A stretch of 64,000 nucleotides of DNA from assembly GCA_965203325.1 (NCBI GenBank), contig OZ241875.1:800001-864000 (forward strand), given 5' to 3'. The notes under the pieces were generated by a model. The model searched no databases. It was not told the origin of the DNA and worked only from the letters and a program-made list of their open reading frames with translations. The position numbers were made by a program, and so were the translations under genes. Source of the DNA: a bacterium. Lineage in GTDB: Bacteria; UBA8248. This document shows, piece after piece, positions 10,322 through 20,178 of this stretch. Numbering within the stretch: the first letter of the stretch is position 1; the number at the start of each line of letters is the position of its first letter.

Positions 10322-11143
10322 CTAATCCTCGAACCTCGCGTCGCGCCAGGCGACGGCGGCGCGAAGGCCCTCGCTCCGCGCAATCTCCAGAAAGCGGGCC
10401 TTGTCCTCGGTTCCCCTGCCCTCGATCATGAGGTCCAGGTCGAGCGCGGCCTCCAGCGCGCGGCCCATTCCCATGATCTCATACGTGCGGTTCATCGCCA
10501 GCTTGGTGGCGCGCAGGAGGCTCTGATCCATCGGCGTCATCTTCTCCGCCAGTGACATGGCGGTATCGAGCACTTCGGCTTCGGGAACCACCCGGTTCAC
10601 CAGCCCGATGCGGTGGGCCTCGGCCGCCGGAATCCCGTCTTCCCCCGTCAGGATGATCTCCTTCGCCAGCTTGGGGTTCGTGAGCCAGGGCAGGAGCATG
10701 ACGACAATTCCTGCACCGAACTTGAGTTCCGGCTCGCCGAAAACGGCGTCTTCTGCCGCCACGGTGATGTCGCAAGCCAAGGCCAACTCGCATCCTCCCG
10801 CCAGTGCGTGTCCCCGGACGGCGGCGATAGTGGGTTTCGAGAGATTCCAGAAGCGCATGACGGCGTCGAAATCCTGCCGGAGCGCTTGTCTCCACTCGGC
10901 GAAGCCTGTGGGCGTGTTCTCCGCCTGTTCCTTGAGATCGAAGCCTGAGGAAAACGACTTGCCCTCCCCGGTGAGAACGGCGACGAATATGGAATCTTCG
11001 GCTTCAATGAAATCGCACGCCTCGTTCAACTCGCGCAGCATGACGCGGTTCATGGCGTTCAGCCGCTCGGGGCGGTTCAGGCTCACGAGCGCGACGTTCC
11101 CGCGCACTTCGAACAATAGCGTCTCGAAAGCGGGAATGTTCAT
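10322..11143 (-). CDS. Enoyl-CoA hydratase/isomerase family
   Basis: LNRPERLNA, FSSGFDL, GGCELALACD, FGEPE motifs. Confidence 0.93.
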   Translation of the reverse strand: MNIPAFETLLFEVRGNVALVSLNRPERLNAMNRVMLRELNEACDFIEAEDSIFVAVLTGEGKSFSSGFDLKEQAENTPTGFAEWRQALRQDFDAVMRFWNLSKPTIAAVRGHALAGGCELALACDITVAAEDAVFGEPELKFGAGIVVMLLPWLTNPKLAKEIILTGEDGIPAAEAHRIGLVNRVVPEAEVLDTAMSLAEKMTPMDQSLLRATKLAMNRTYEIMGMGRALEAALDLDLMIEGRGTEDKARFLEIARSEGLRAAVAWRDARFED

Positions 11144-11964
11144 CAGGTTTTATTCCTCGACAGAAACGCCAGAATCGCCTCGGCCGAGGCTTCGGGGCGT
11201 TCGGAATAGAAATGATGGCCCGTGTTCTCGACGATGACCAGTTCCGCCCCCGGAATCCGCCCGGCCATGAGTCTCGAATTCTCCGTCGGCACGAGAACGT
11301 CCGCCGCGCCTGATATGACGAGCGTGGGGACTGGCAAGGCCTTGATCTCCTCAGAAACGTCGAACGCCGCCATGCCTTCGTTGCGCCGCTCGATCTCCTC
11401 TTTGCTGATGGGAAAGCGGCGCTTGAAGCCGTCATAGAAAGCGACCACCCCGGGCCTTTCGTCTATCGTCTCGGGATGAAAGAGCGTCTCCAAAGCCGCC
11501 CGGCGCTCCGCTTCCGTGGCGTCGGGCGCGCCGCCTCTCGCGCGCGTCTCCCGGACGCCGGGGGCGGCTGCGATTTTATCCGCTCCTCCGAAATGAGAAC
11601 ACGCGACGATGAGACTCTTGAGTCTTTGGGGGTGTTTCACCGCGAAGGAAAGCGCTATCGTCCCGCCGTAGGAGCCCCCCATCAAGTGAAACGTGTCGAG
11701 GCCCAGCCCGTCGGCCAGCCCCAGGAGGTCTTCCGCCATGCGTGAAGGCGCGCGGTCGTTGTCGTCATGATGCGCCTTCGTCCTGCCCGTCCCCCGGTTG
11801 TCCGGCATGATGAGGCGGTATTCCGCCGCGAGAAGCCCCCGCAGCTTTCCCCAGACCTCCACCGTGGCCGTCAGGCCGCCCACCATCACCAGGGGTTCGC
11901 CCGCGCCCTCTTCCTCGTAATATATATCGAGCTTTCCCCGGCTCTCGACTTCCAGCGTCGCCAC
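11143..11964 (-). CDS. Alpha/beta hydrolase
   Basis: DNRGTG, GGSYGG nucleophile elbow, catalytic D and GHH. Confidence 0.9.
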   Translation of the reverse strand: MATLEVESRGKLDIYYEEEGAGEPLVMVGGLTATVEVWGKLRGLLAAEYRLIMPDNRGTGRTKAHHDDNDRAPSRMAEDLLGLADGLGLDTFHLMGGSYGGTIALSFAVKHPQRLKSLIVACSHFGGADKIAAAPGVRETRARGGAPDATEAERRAALETLFHPETIDERPGVVAFYDGFKRRFPISKEEIERRNEGMAAFDVSEEIKALPVPTLVISGAADVLVPTENSRLMAGRIPGAELVIVENTGHHFYSERPEASAEAILAFLSRNKT

Positions 11965-12058
11965 CTATGACTCCTCAATCACGCATCAAACGCCTACATT
12001 CGTACGGATGTGCGCGGATGCTCGGCTTGGTCGCGCCAAATGAAACTCCTATTTGGCC

Positions 12059-13237
12059 CTACGCGCCCAGTTTCTCGGCCATCCAGTCCGCCATGTAGCC
12101 CACGACGGGCGCGATGTAGTCCATGTGGCAATGCTGGGAGCCGCCGTCGGTGCCCTTGTAGACGCGAAGCGTCTTGTCCTTCGAGCCCGCCGCCTTGTAG
12201 AGCGATTTCGCGTCCGCCAGCGGTATCTGCTGATCGTCTTCCCCGTGCACGAGAAGGAAGGGACACTTCATCCGCTGCACGACGCCGTCGAGCCGGAAGC
12301 CTTCGAGCTTCTCCAGGCCCTCTTCCGCCGTCTTGACGTTGAAGCTCCACGCCAGGTGGTTCCCCGGCGAGGGAAGCTGAATCTTGAACGCCGCCTCGAT
12401 GCGCCTTTTCCATATCGCGTGGTAGTCCCATATCGCGCCGTGGGCGAGACAGGCCTTGAAGCGGCGCTCCATGCTGGCGGTTCTGGGTGCGTAGTATCCC
12501 CCCAGGCTCGACGCCATGATGCCGGCGCGCTTCGCGTTCACGTCTTTTCGCTTCTCCAGCCAGTCGAGAACCGCCGAGCCCGCCACCTCGTAGTCGTGCC
12601 TGAGATATATCTTTCGGAAACGGATGGCCTCGCCCACGCCCGGGCTGTCGACCACCACCACGCTCATGCCGCGCCGGGCGAGTGCGCCGGCCGAGATGAT
12701 CATGGGCGATTCCTTGGTGCCGTCGAAACCCGAATACAGCACGACCACGGGGGGTCTTGATTTGCGCGTGTTCTCGGCGTGGACGAAGTAGCCGGGCAGC
12801 GATTTGCCCCCCTCGTAGGGAATCTCGACGATCTCCGCTTTGGGACTGTCGTTCAGGCGGACGTAGCGCTTGAAGCTGTCGATGGATTTGCGGTAGACGC
12901 CCTGCGATTCCTTATCCTTCGGGAAGCGAAACCTGTCGGCCATCTGGTGATAGGTGGCGGAGCGGCAGAAATGGCCCGCCGCCGTCAGGTTCTTGCCGCG
13001 GCGCTGCGCCACCACGCCCATCGCGCGTATGCGGTCGCCCATGCGCTTCCACTCATCGAACCAGAGTTCGTCATTGCCTACGTCTTTATCGAGATTCCTG
13101 CAGACCTCGAAAATCTCCGACGTATCCGCCCCGCCGCCCGCCACGCGCATCAGCCCCATGGAGGTAATGAACGACCAGCGATAGTTATCGGGAAAGTATG
13201 TGAACCATGGAACCTTGCGTACCGCGTTGACGACCAT
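12059..13237 (-). CDS. Alpha/beta hydrolase (FrsA / 2,6-dihydropseudooxynicotine hydrolase-like)
   Basis: GFDGTKE, SSLGGYYA, HGEDD, QHCH motifs; GAGGAG RBS before ATG 13237. Confidence 0.8.
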   Translation of the reverse strand: MVVNAVRKVPWFTYFPDNYRWSFITSMGLMRVAGGGADTSEIFEVCRNLDKDVGNDELWFDEWKRMGDRIRAMGVVAQRRGKNLTAAGHFCRSATYHQMADRFRFPKDKESQGVYRKSIDSFKRYVRLNDSPKAEIVEIPYEGGKSLPGYFVHAENTRKSRPPVVVLYSGFDGTKESPMIISAGALARRGMSVVVVDSPGVGEAIRFRKIYLRHDYEVAGSAVLDWLEKRKDVNAKRAGIMASSLGGYYAPRTASMERRFKACLAHGAIWDYHAIWKRRIEAAFKIQLPSPGNHLAWSFNVKTAEEGLEKLEGFRLDGVVQRMKCPFLLVHGEDDQQIPLADAKSLYKAAGSKDKTLRVYKGTDGGSQHCHMDYIAPVVGYMADWMAEKLGA

Positions 13238-13392
13238 GCGCGCTCTCCTCCTGATACCGGAATTTTGGACCAAACCTCTGTCTCAGATGGGTGGAGTATA
13301 CGCGAGATGATACCATTCCTGGAATCGGGTTATGATTCGCGGGTTCTTTTCAGCCATTCTCTTTCAAGCACACTACCGCAGGGGGGTATGAA

Positions 13393-13809
13393 ATGCCTTT
13401 TTACAGCACCGAGACCATCGAGAACGTACAGCTCCGCACGGGAAACCCGGGCGAGTACAAGCCCCTGGCCGGGGAGTTCATGAAGGCGGGCGTCGTCACC
13501 TACCGCAAGGGGACGGGTTCCAAGCCCCACTGGCACAACAACGAGGAGCAATACATCTACATCATCGAGGGCAAGCGTTACATGCGCCTCGGCGATGAGG
13601 AGCGAATCATCGGCCCCGGCGACATCCTCCATATCCCCCGGGGAACGCTCCACGGCGGGAGGACGCTCACCGAAAAGGCGGTGATGTTCGTGGCGAAATC
13701 ACCCGCCGAAGACCCCGACCTAGGGGCCGACCACCACTACCCGGACGATCTCCAGGACATCATCGCGCACCTCGACGCCAAGGCGGAGGAGCTTTACGGC
13801 ACGGTGTAG
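13393..13809 (+). CDS. Cupin domain protein
   Basis: PHWHNNEEQ ... IPRGTLH cupin motifs. Confidence 0.88.
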   Translation: MPFYSTETIENVQLRTGNPGEYKPLAGEFMKAGVVTYRKGTGSKPHWHNNEEQYIYIIEGKRYMRLGDEERIIGPGDILHIPRGTLHGGRTLTEKAVMFVAKSPAEDPDLGADHHYPDDLQDIIAHLDAKAEELYGTV

Positions 13810-13816
13810 AACGTCT

Positions 13817-14128
13817 GTAGTGGCAGTTCCTGCTCGGGACTGCCCCACAGGTCGCGACCTGTCCCTACGGGATCGACTCCTTCTTCCTTCTCGCATCCGT
13901 CAAAACGGACCAGAAAGCCGTCATTCCGGCATCATTTCCGACCAAGGCGGGAGGGAATGCGGAATCCAGGGAATTTGTTTTTCACCTTTGGTTTTTACCG
14001 GTATTCCCCGCGAATTATGGAGACAATGGAATGCCGCCGGATATCTATTTCATCGGTTCTGGATTCCGGCATGCGCCGGAATGACGACTAAAAACGAAAA
14101 CCGGGCGGACACGCGGGTCCGCCCCTAC
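13817..14128. repeat. Cluster of REP-like palindromes
   Basis: ACAGGTCGCGACCTGTCCCTAC (13847), GTCATTCCGGC...GCCGGAATGAC pair (13920/14085), GGGCGGAC...GTCCGCCCCTAC (14103). Confidence 0.75.
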
Positions 14129-14192
14129 GGAAGACGAATGGTTTCGCAGGGGAAAACCCGCATGTTCTCCCGCATCGAGCAATCGCTCCCCC

Positions 14193-14573
14193 CTAAAACG
14201 GATCATCAGGTGGCGGCGCGTCGGGGGCGGCCTCGCCGGCGGCCACGCCTTTCAGGCTCCAGGTGGTGTCCTTGACGTAGATGGCCTCGACCTCTTCGAT
14301 CATCTTTGCGGCGTGGACCTCGTTCGCGGGTATGTGGATGACGTCGCCCGGCCCGAGTTCGTACTCCTCGCCGCCCATCGTGAACTTCTGCCTGCCGCGC
14401 ATGATGTAGATGAACTGCTCGCAGGCGTGGTAATGCGGCTTCGCCTCGGTGCCTGCCTCCCAGATGCGGTGGCAGAAATACATCCGCTCCCCCTTGATGC
14501 TCTCCCCGTGGCCCGAGGAGAGGCCGGGGTTCTGCTGAACGTCCTTCAGATCTTCGAATCTGTAGATGGGCAT
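14193..14573 (-). CDS. Cupin domain protein
   Basis: PHYHACEQ ... IPANEVH cupin motifs. Confidence 0.88.
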   Translation of the reverse strand: MPIYRFEDLKDVQQNPGLSSGHGESIKGERMYFCHRIWEAGTEAKPHYHACEQFIYIMRGRQKFTMGGEEYELGPGDVIHIPANEVHAAKMIEEVEAIYVKDTTWSLKGVAAGEAAPDAPPPDDPF

Positions 14574-14658
14574 TTCATGCTCCTTGCGTTATGAGGCGCT
14601 CATACAGACCTCGCGCCTTGAGCAGTGGCTGGCGACGGTCGAGAAGTAAACCTGCAAT

Positions 14659-15450
14659 CTATTTTATCTTCTCTAGTATTTCTTTTGATTTACTAATGAC
14701 GAACCGAGCAGATTTATCAAAAATCTCTGAATTCAATGCCATTATCCGCTGTTCTTCCATTGGTAAAATGCCAATCCTTCTCGCAGGATCATATCTCTTC
14801 GAAAAAAGAATGTATAAATTATGTGCGATAGGGCATCCCATATCGGTTATTGAATTATCATCCCTCAAGTATTCAAACTTTGTTGGGGAGTCACCAATAA
14901 TAAACTCATTGTTCCTATTGTATGGCGTGAATAAGAAAAGATCGCTTGCTTCATCTACAAACTCCGATGACTTTGACGGACGTGGCCAATCTCGTAGCGC
15001 GAGAAACACTTGAAACACCATTTGCTGATTGTGTAACAAATCTCCCGAATGACCGGAAAGTCTCGATGCAGAAAGATACAGAAAATACATCAAAATAAAA
15101 TCAACCAAAGTGTCCACTTCCTTTTCATAAAGTCGAAATTTTTCTTCTCCTCTATGATTTTGCTTCTCACGGTTTGCGAGTTTCCTCAATTTTCTGATTA
15201 TTGGCGCTGCCTTATTTTCAAGTTTAGAGCGTTCAAATTCCAATGAATAATTCTTTGCTGGAATTTCTTCATGAGGATTTATCATTGTATGTAAATCTGG
15301 GGTTACTATATTTGAAGGTTTTGCTTCTCTTAACTTGTTTGTTTTCTTATCAAAAATCCAACATTGGCCGTTTTTGTTACAAAAACCACTCAAAATAAAC
15401 TTTGAGATAAAATGTTGTTTTACAGGCTTATTCAAAGGTTTTCCGTCCAT
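14659..15450 (-). CDS. DUF4238-like protein, AT-rich
   Basis: N-terminal KQHFISKFILSGF and FIIGDSP motifs; markedly AT-rich; start uncertain. Confidence 0.65.
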   Translation of the reverse strand: MDGKPLNKPVKQHFISKFILSGFCNKNGQCWIFDKKTNKLREAKPSNIVTPDLHTMINPHEEIPAKNYSLEFERSKLENKAAPIIRKLRKLANREKQNHRGEEKFRLYEKEVDTLVDFILMYFLYLSASRLSGHSGDLLHNQQMVFQVFLALRDWPRPSKSSEFVDEASDLFLFTPYNRNNEFIIGDSPTKFEYLRDDNSITDMGCPIAHNLYILFSKRYDPARRIGILPMEEQRIMALNSEIFDKSARFVISKSKEILEKIK

Positions 15451-15472
15451 CGCTTTGCCGTGACACCCCTCA

Positions 15473-16357
15473 TCAACCCTGCTCCTTACGAATAAACCTC
15501 GCCACGGCCTCTCCGATCTCATCGGGGCAGTCCTCCTGGCCGTAGTGGCGCGTCGGGATGGTTACCTCCTCCTGGTTCGGCCACTCGCGGCAGAACGCGC
15601 GCGCGGCCCCCGCCAGGGCGTGGCCGTGTTCGCAGTTGATGAACAGCTTTGGGAGATTCCCGCTCGTGCGCAGAAATTCGCTGTAGCGCTTCACGATCTC
15701 GTAGTTGTCCGCAGGCTCCCCCTCGAAGGGAATCTCACACGCCCACTGGTGGGTCTGTCTCCTCTTCTGAGGATCTTCGGTAGGCTTTCTGTAGGCCTCC
15801 TTTTCCGCCTCGCTCAGATCGCGCACGATCCCGCGCTCGAACAGCATGGTCTCGACGAAAAAATTATCCTCCATCACCATATCGAGACCCGCCTCGCCGC
15901 GCAGCGTCTGGAACTGCGCGACCCTGTCCTCGGGCATGTCCGTCCAAAGGCGCGGGCGCACCATGGATTCCATATAGGCGAGACCTATCACCTGCTCCGG
16001 GAAGCGGGAGACGCGGTTGAAGCCCAGCGCGGCCCCCCAGTCGTGGAGCACGAAAAAGGCGTTTTCCGTCGCGCCCACCGCCTCGAACCAGGCGTCCATG
16101 TAGGGGATGTGATCCCGGTAGCGCAAACCGCCGCCGGGAATGCCCTCCGACGCTCCGCTGTTCATGAGGTCGGGCGCGAGGCACCGGCCTAAACCCTCCA
16201 GATGGGGAATCACGTTCCGCCACAGATAAGAAGTGGCCGGGTTGCCGTGCAGGAGCACGATGGGCGCGCCCTCCCCTGCTTCGATATACGCCATCTCCGC
16301 GTCGAGCACGCGGACGCGCTTTCTCTCATAAGGATCATCGGGGGATACGGGACTCAT
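15473..16357 (-). CDS. Haloalkane dehalogenase (LinB/DhaA-like)
   Basis: LHGNPATSYLWRN, HDWG (Asp), YMES (Glu), HYGQED (His). Confidence 0.9.
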   Translation of the reverse strand: MSPVSPDDPYERKRVRVLDAEMAYIEAGEGAPIVLLHGNPATSYLWRNVIPHLEGLGRCLAPDLMNSGASEGIPGGGLRYRDHIPYMDAWFEAVGATENAFFVLHDWGAALGFNRVSRFPEQVIGLAYMESMVRPRLWTDMPEDRVAQFQTLRGEAGLDMVMEDNFFVETMLFERGIVRDLSEAEKEAYRKPTEDPQKRRQTHQWACEIPFEGEPADNYEIVKRYSEFLRTSGNLPKLFINCEHGHALAGAARAFCREWPNQEEVTIPTRHYGQEDCPDEIGEAVARFIRKEQG

Positions 16358-16375
16358 GGATGACTCCTGTCTTCC

Positions 16376-16747
16376 TCAGTTGGTCGTTCCCTCTTCCTGC
16401 CTCGGTTCGATGAGTTCGAGCCGCGCGTCGCCCTCCAGCATCCCCACTCTATATAGCGTGTGCGCCAGAGACTGCGGAGATTTTAATACTTCGACTCGGC
16501 TGGAGACACTCAAAAGGAGCCTTATTAAATCCACCATTCGGGCGACGGCGGTGCCGTCTACGAGATCCAGTTCCTCCAGATCGAGGCTCGTGAGGTCTGC
16601 GCTCAAGACCTCGCTTTCCATCGTCTCCAGGACGCGGGCGGCTCCCTCCGCATCGAGGTCGCCTGTGAGGATGAAACACTCTCCCGAGGCGGATTCCCTG
16701 AGTTCGTACTGAGGATGCGAAAGGAGAATTCTCTGGTCGGAATTCAA
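16376..16747 (-). CDS. STAS-like domain small protein
   Basis: LTGDLD...LDLEELDLVDGTAV...LYRVGML pattern; sits inside a same-strand gene run. Confidence 0.6.
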   Translation of the reverse strand: MNSDQRILLSHPQYELRESASGECFILTGDLDAEGAARVLETMESEVLSADLTSLDLEELDLVDGTAVARMVDLIRLLLSVSSRVEVLKSPQSLAHTLYRVGMLEGDARLELIEPRQEEGTTN

Positions 16748-16759
16748 TGCAAGAGGAGC

Positions 16760-17842
16760 TCAGTGGGAGTTCGTGAGCGGGAAGTCGATCGGCCGGTTTT
16801 CCTTTGCGCTGTGCTCGATCGCCAGCGTCACCTCAAGCACGGTGCGGGCGTGATGGGGCAGCGCCAGCGAGACGCTGCGGCCCATCGTCACCCGCTCCAG
16901 AAACAGCCTCGTTTCATCGCGCATCGGCCCCCAGAAATCGCCCACCAGCCAGTCGCCCGCCATCATGGATTCCAGGAACACCACGTCCGACGACATGCCG
17001 TCCACATACGGCGAGGGAACGCCCTTGTTCGTCGCCATGACGGCGTTTTTGTGCGAATCGTCAATCGCGATGGCCCCTTCGGTGCCCATGACTTCGAGGT
17101 CGATGGAGGTGATGTTCGCCGGCCAGTTGTCGGGCAGTATCCACGAACACCCGAAGTTCACGGTGCCGCCGTCCTCGAAGGTGAGGATCGCCCAAGCCCA
17201 ATCGCCGCAGCCCATGGGGTGATGCGGAAACACCTTGCTGCCCCCCTGGGCGTAGACGCGCCTGGGTTTTCTGCCCTCGAAATACCAGAGGCAGATGTCC
17301 ACCATGTAGGTGAGCGTGTCGGTGACGGGGCCGGCGTGCGCGGCGCGCTTGTATATCTCCGCCCCGTTTGTGGTGACGTTATAGAGCGTGGCGCGCGCGG
17401 TCTGGAGATGCCCGAGGCGGCCCCGCTGAATCTGCTCCTTGGCGTTCAGGAAACGGCGCCTCTGCCGCTGCGTGTAGCCGATGAAGAGCTCGGTATTCGA
17501 TTTCTCATACGCCGCGAGAATCCTGTCCGCATCCTCCAGGGACAGGGATATGGGCTTCTCGCACAGCACGGGCTTTCCGAGCTCCAGCGCGCGGCAGACG
17601 GCGTCCGCGTGATCGAACTCGGGCGTGGAGACGATCACCGCGTCCACGTCGGGATGCGCGAGCACCTCTTCATTATCGCCCGAGTGGAAATCGGCCTGCG
17701 TCTCGGTGGCGATGAGTTTCGCCCGCGCGGGGTCCCTGTCCGAGAGCGCCAGAAATTTCACCTCCGGCGAACCCGACGCCAGGTGCGCGCGCAGCCTGCC
17801 CATGCGTCCTGAACCAATGATGCCCAATCCGATCTGCTTCAC
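16760..17842 (-). CDS. Gfo/Idh/MocA oxidoreductase
   Basis: GSGRMG, VSTPEFDH, LCEKP motifs. Confidence 0.92.
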   Translation of the reverse strand: MKQIGLGIIGSGRMGRLRAHLASGSPEVKFLALSDRDPARAKLIATETQADFHSGDNEEVLAHPDVDAVIVSTPEFDHADAVCRALELGKPVLCEKPISLSLEDADRILAAYEKSNTELFIGYTQRQRRRFLNAKEQIQRGRLGHLQTARATLYNVTTNGAEIYKRAAHAGPVTDTLTYMVDICLWYFEGRKPRRVYAQGGSKVFPHHPMGCGDWAWAILTFEDGGTVNFGCSWILPDNWPANITSIDLEVMGTEGAIAIDDSHKNAVMATNKGVPSPYVDGMSSDVVFLESMMAGDWLVGDFWGPMRDETRLFLERVTMGRSVSLALPHHARTVLEVTLAIEHSAKENRPIDFPLTNSH

Positions 17843-17944
17843 TTTGTCATCCTTCTAGATATACAGAACTGGTTTCACTTGCTCCTGCGGCGTCCGTTCT
17901 CGCGCCTTCTCCGGGCCGCTCATGAAGCTGCGCAACGAACCGCC

Positions 17945-18274
17945 TCAAATTGTGCTCGAACGGCTCGCCTCCTGCCTGCTGTACCACTCGACCCCCTGCT
18001 CTCTGATATGCCGGCGCAGCGCCGGGTTGTCTATCGAGTCGTAGAGTACCAGATCGACCGACTGCGCCATGGGAATTTCTTCAATGGCGGCACCGAGGCG
18101 GGCCTGATCAGTCAGGGTGAGGCGGCTGCCGAACAGCGCGATGTCCACGTCCGAGGTCGCGGTGTTGGTTCCGGTGGCCCTAGAACCGAACAGAACGGCC
18201 CGCTCCACGTTGTCGTTGGCGGCGATGGCGGCGGTGATCGCCGCGCGGTGTTTGTCTTTGAGAGCATCGGTCAT
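17945..18274 (-). CDS. Minimal nucleotidyltransferase (MNT antitoxin)
   Basis: FGSRATG...SDVD (GSx10DxD); overlaps the HEPN gene stop. Confidence 0.9.
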   Translation of the reverse strand: MTDALKDKHRAAITAAIAANDNVERAVLFGSRATGTNTATSDVDIALFGSRLTLTDQARLGAAIEEIPMAQSVDLVLYDSIDNPALRRHIREQGVEWYSRQEASRSSTI

Positions 18275-18684
18275 TGCCGCCGTCTCTCGTTCAGGGTTGC
18301 GCGAAGCTGTAGCAGGGCCGGGTGATAGCTGTTCCTGATCAGCACTTCCGCTTCGAGCGCAAGCTCCTTTCGATAGGTATGGCTCAGCAGATTCCTCTTG
18401 TCCAAGGCGTCGAGCAAGGCTTCGCTATCGTCCTCTCCGAGATACCCGGCCTCAAAACTCTTTCGGATAATCGAACGGGGCACCTTTTCGTCGTAACCCT
18501 CGAAGAACAGCAAATCCTTGAGGGTGTTCCAGGCGAGTTCGAAACTGAACTCGAACGTCTGGACCAGGCCGGCACGCTCCAGATCGCTATACTCCGTAAT
18601 TGCGCAGGCATCCGTCAGTTGTGAGAGCGCGCTTTCGAAACTCTCCAGCCTCTGCATCCACCGGGCTTCATCGAGATTACTCAT
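18271..18684 (-). CDS. HEPN toxin, HI0074 / nucleotidyltransferase substrate-binding family
   Basis: GLVQTFEFSFELAW and RNLLSHTY (Rx4H) motifs. Confidence 0.9.
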   Translation of the reverse strand: MSNLDEARWMQRLESFESALSQLTDACAITEYSDLERAGLVQTFEFSFELAWNTLKDLLFFEGYDEKVPRSIIRKSFEAGYLGEDDSEALLDALDKRNLLSHTYRKELALEAEVLIRNSYHPALLQLRATLNERRRQ

Positions 18685-18787
18685 CCTCCGCCCTCCAGAA
18701 CCCCGGCGCTTTCAAGTTCCCGGCGATGACGGCGCTTCGGCGGGAGATGGAGCCGTTCATCGCCCCGATTTGCCTTGCTTCACCGTT

Positions 18788-19879
18788 TCATCCCTTAAAC
18801 GGCAGTTCGACCACCTCGCCGCCCCGGCGGGCGCTCTCTTCCATCGCGAGGGTGAGTTCGAGCACGGCGCGGCCCGTCTCCGCGTCGCAAAGCGGCACGT
18901 CCTTGCCGGTGGTGACGCGCTCCAGGAAGAGCCTCGTCTCATCGCGCATCGGCCCCACGAAATCGCCCACCGCCCAGTCCCCCGGCATGGCGGAGCCCAG
19001 GAAGGCGACCTCCACCGAGGAGTCGGGCGCATAGGGCGAGGGAACGCGCTCGTTGCCCACCATCATCACGTCCTTGTGGCCGTCGTCGATGCGGATGGCG
19101 CCCTCGCTCCCGAAGATGTCCATGCTGATGGTCGCCACCGTGGCGGGCCAGTACTCGGGCAGCGCCCAGTTGCCGCCCAGGCACGCCGCCGCCCCGTCCT
19201 CGAAGGTGACGACCGCCCAGCCGTAGTCGCCCATTTGGTCTGGATGATCGTGAAACACCTCGCTGCCCGCCTGCGCGTAGACGCGCACCGGCTTTCTGGG
19301 CTGGAAGAACCAGAGCGCCATGTCGGCCATGTAGGTGATCTCGTCCGTGAAGGGATTCGCATGCGGGGCGCGCAGGTAGACCTGCCGCGCCGTGGGCCGC
19401 GTGTTGTAGATCGTCATGCGCGCGGTCATCACCTCGCCCAGGCGGCCCGCGTCGATGTGCTCCTTGATCGCCAGGAATTTCCGCCTGATCCGCTGCGTAT
19501 AGCCGATGTAGAGCTCGGCGCCTCCCTTGTCCTTCGACTCCATGATCCTGTCCGCATCGGGCAGCGTGAGCGCGATGGGCTTTTCGACGAGAACAGGTTT
19601 TCCAGCCTCTAACGCCATGCAGATGGCTTCTGTGTGCTCGCCCTCGGGCGTCGACACGATTAACGCATCCACCTGGGGGTGTTCGATGACCTCACGGTTG
19701 TCCGAGGTGTGAAAGGCCGCCTCGTTCTGCTGGGCCACGGCCTCTGCGCGCTGGGGGTCGATGTCGGATATGGCGAAAAAATTCACCACCGGCGAGGTCG
19801 CCGCCAGATGCGCGCGGAGCGAGCCGATCTTTCCCGCGCCGATCAGGCCGACGCCGACTTCTTTCTTTTGAATCACCAT
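18788..19879 (-). CDS. Gfo/Idh/MocA oxidoreductase (paralog of 16760-17842)
   Basis: GAGKIG, VEKP; shares GPMRDETRLFLERVT with the paralog; GGAGA RBS. Confidence 0.92.
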   Translation of the reverse strand: MVIQKKEVGVGLIGAGKIGSLRAHLAATSPVVNFFAISDIDPQRAEAVAQQNEAAFHTSDNREVIEHPQVDALIVSTPEGEHTEAICMALEAGKPVLVEKPIALTLPDADRIMESKDKGGAELYIGYTQRIRRKFLAIKEHIDAGRLGEVMTARMTIYNTRPTARQVYLRAPHANPFTDEITYMADMALWFFQPRKPVRVYAQAGSEVFHDHPDQMGDYGWAVVTFEDGAAACLGGNWALPEYWPATVATISMDIFGSEGAIRIDDGHKDVMMVGNERVPSPYAPDSSVEVAFLGSAMPGDWAVGDFVGPMRDETRLFLERVTTGKDVPLCDAETGRAVLELTLAMEESARRGGEVVELPFKG

Positions 19880-19957
19880 TTGGCTTTCTCCTTGAAGACG
19901 CGCGAATCCTACAATCCCGACCCGCGCTCCGCAAGGCGCGCAGGGCTGGTTGGAGAG

Positions 19958-20133
19958 GTTGTTGAAAAAGTCCCTCAAAAAGAGAACCAACGCCCCCTTC
20001 GAGGGGATCGGGACAGGCCCTTCGATACAAACGCTCCTTTCTCAGTCGTGTTTGACCTTCGGCGGCTACTCAGGGTGAGGAAGACTAAAAACACCCTCAT
20101 CCCGAGTAGGCCCGCAAGGGCCGTATCGAGGGA
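19958..20133. repeat. REP-like repeat (CTTCGATAC / CTACTCAGG family)
   Basis: ~60-nt unit nearly identical to 29310-29372; related units at 50931-51056. Confidence 0.8.
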
Positions 20134-20178
20134 CGCGGGAAAACAGCCTTCCCATCCCTCCTTGCCGTGCCTCGCCTC

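Noticed and set aside
13820..14275. ORFs across repeat-rich gaps (also 50814-51433, 63102-63554)
   Set aside because: Translations of REP/MITE sequence with no protein motifs
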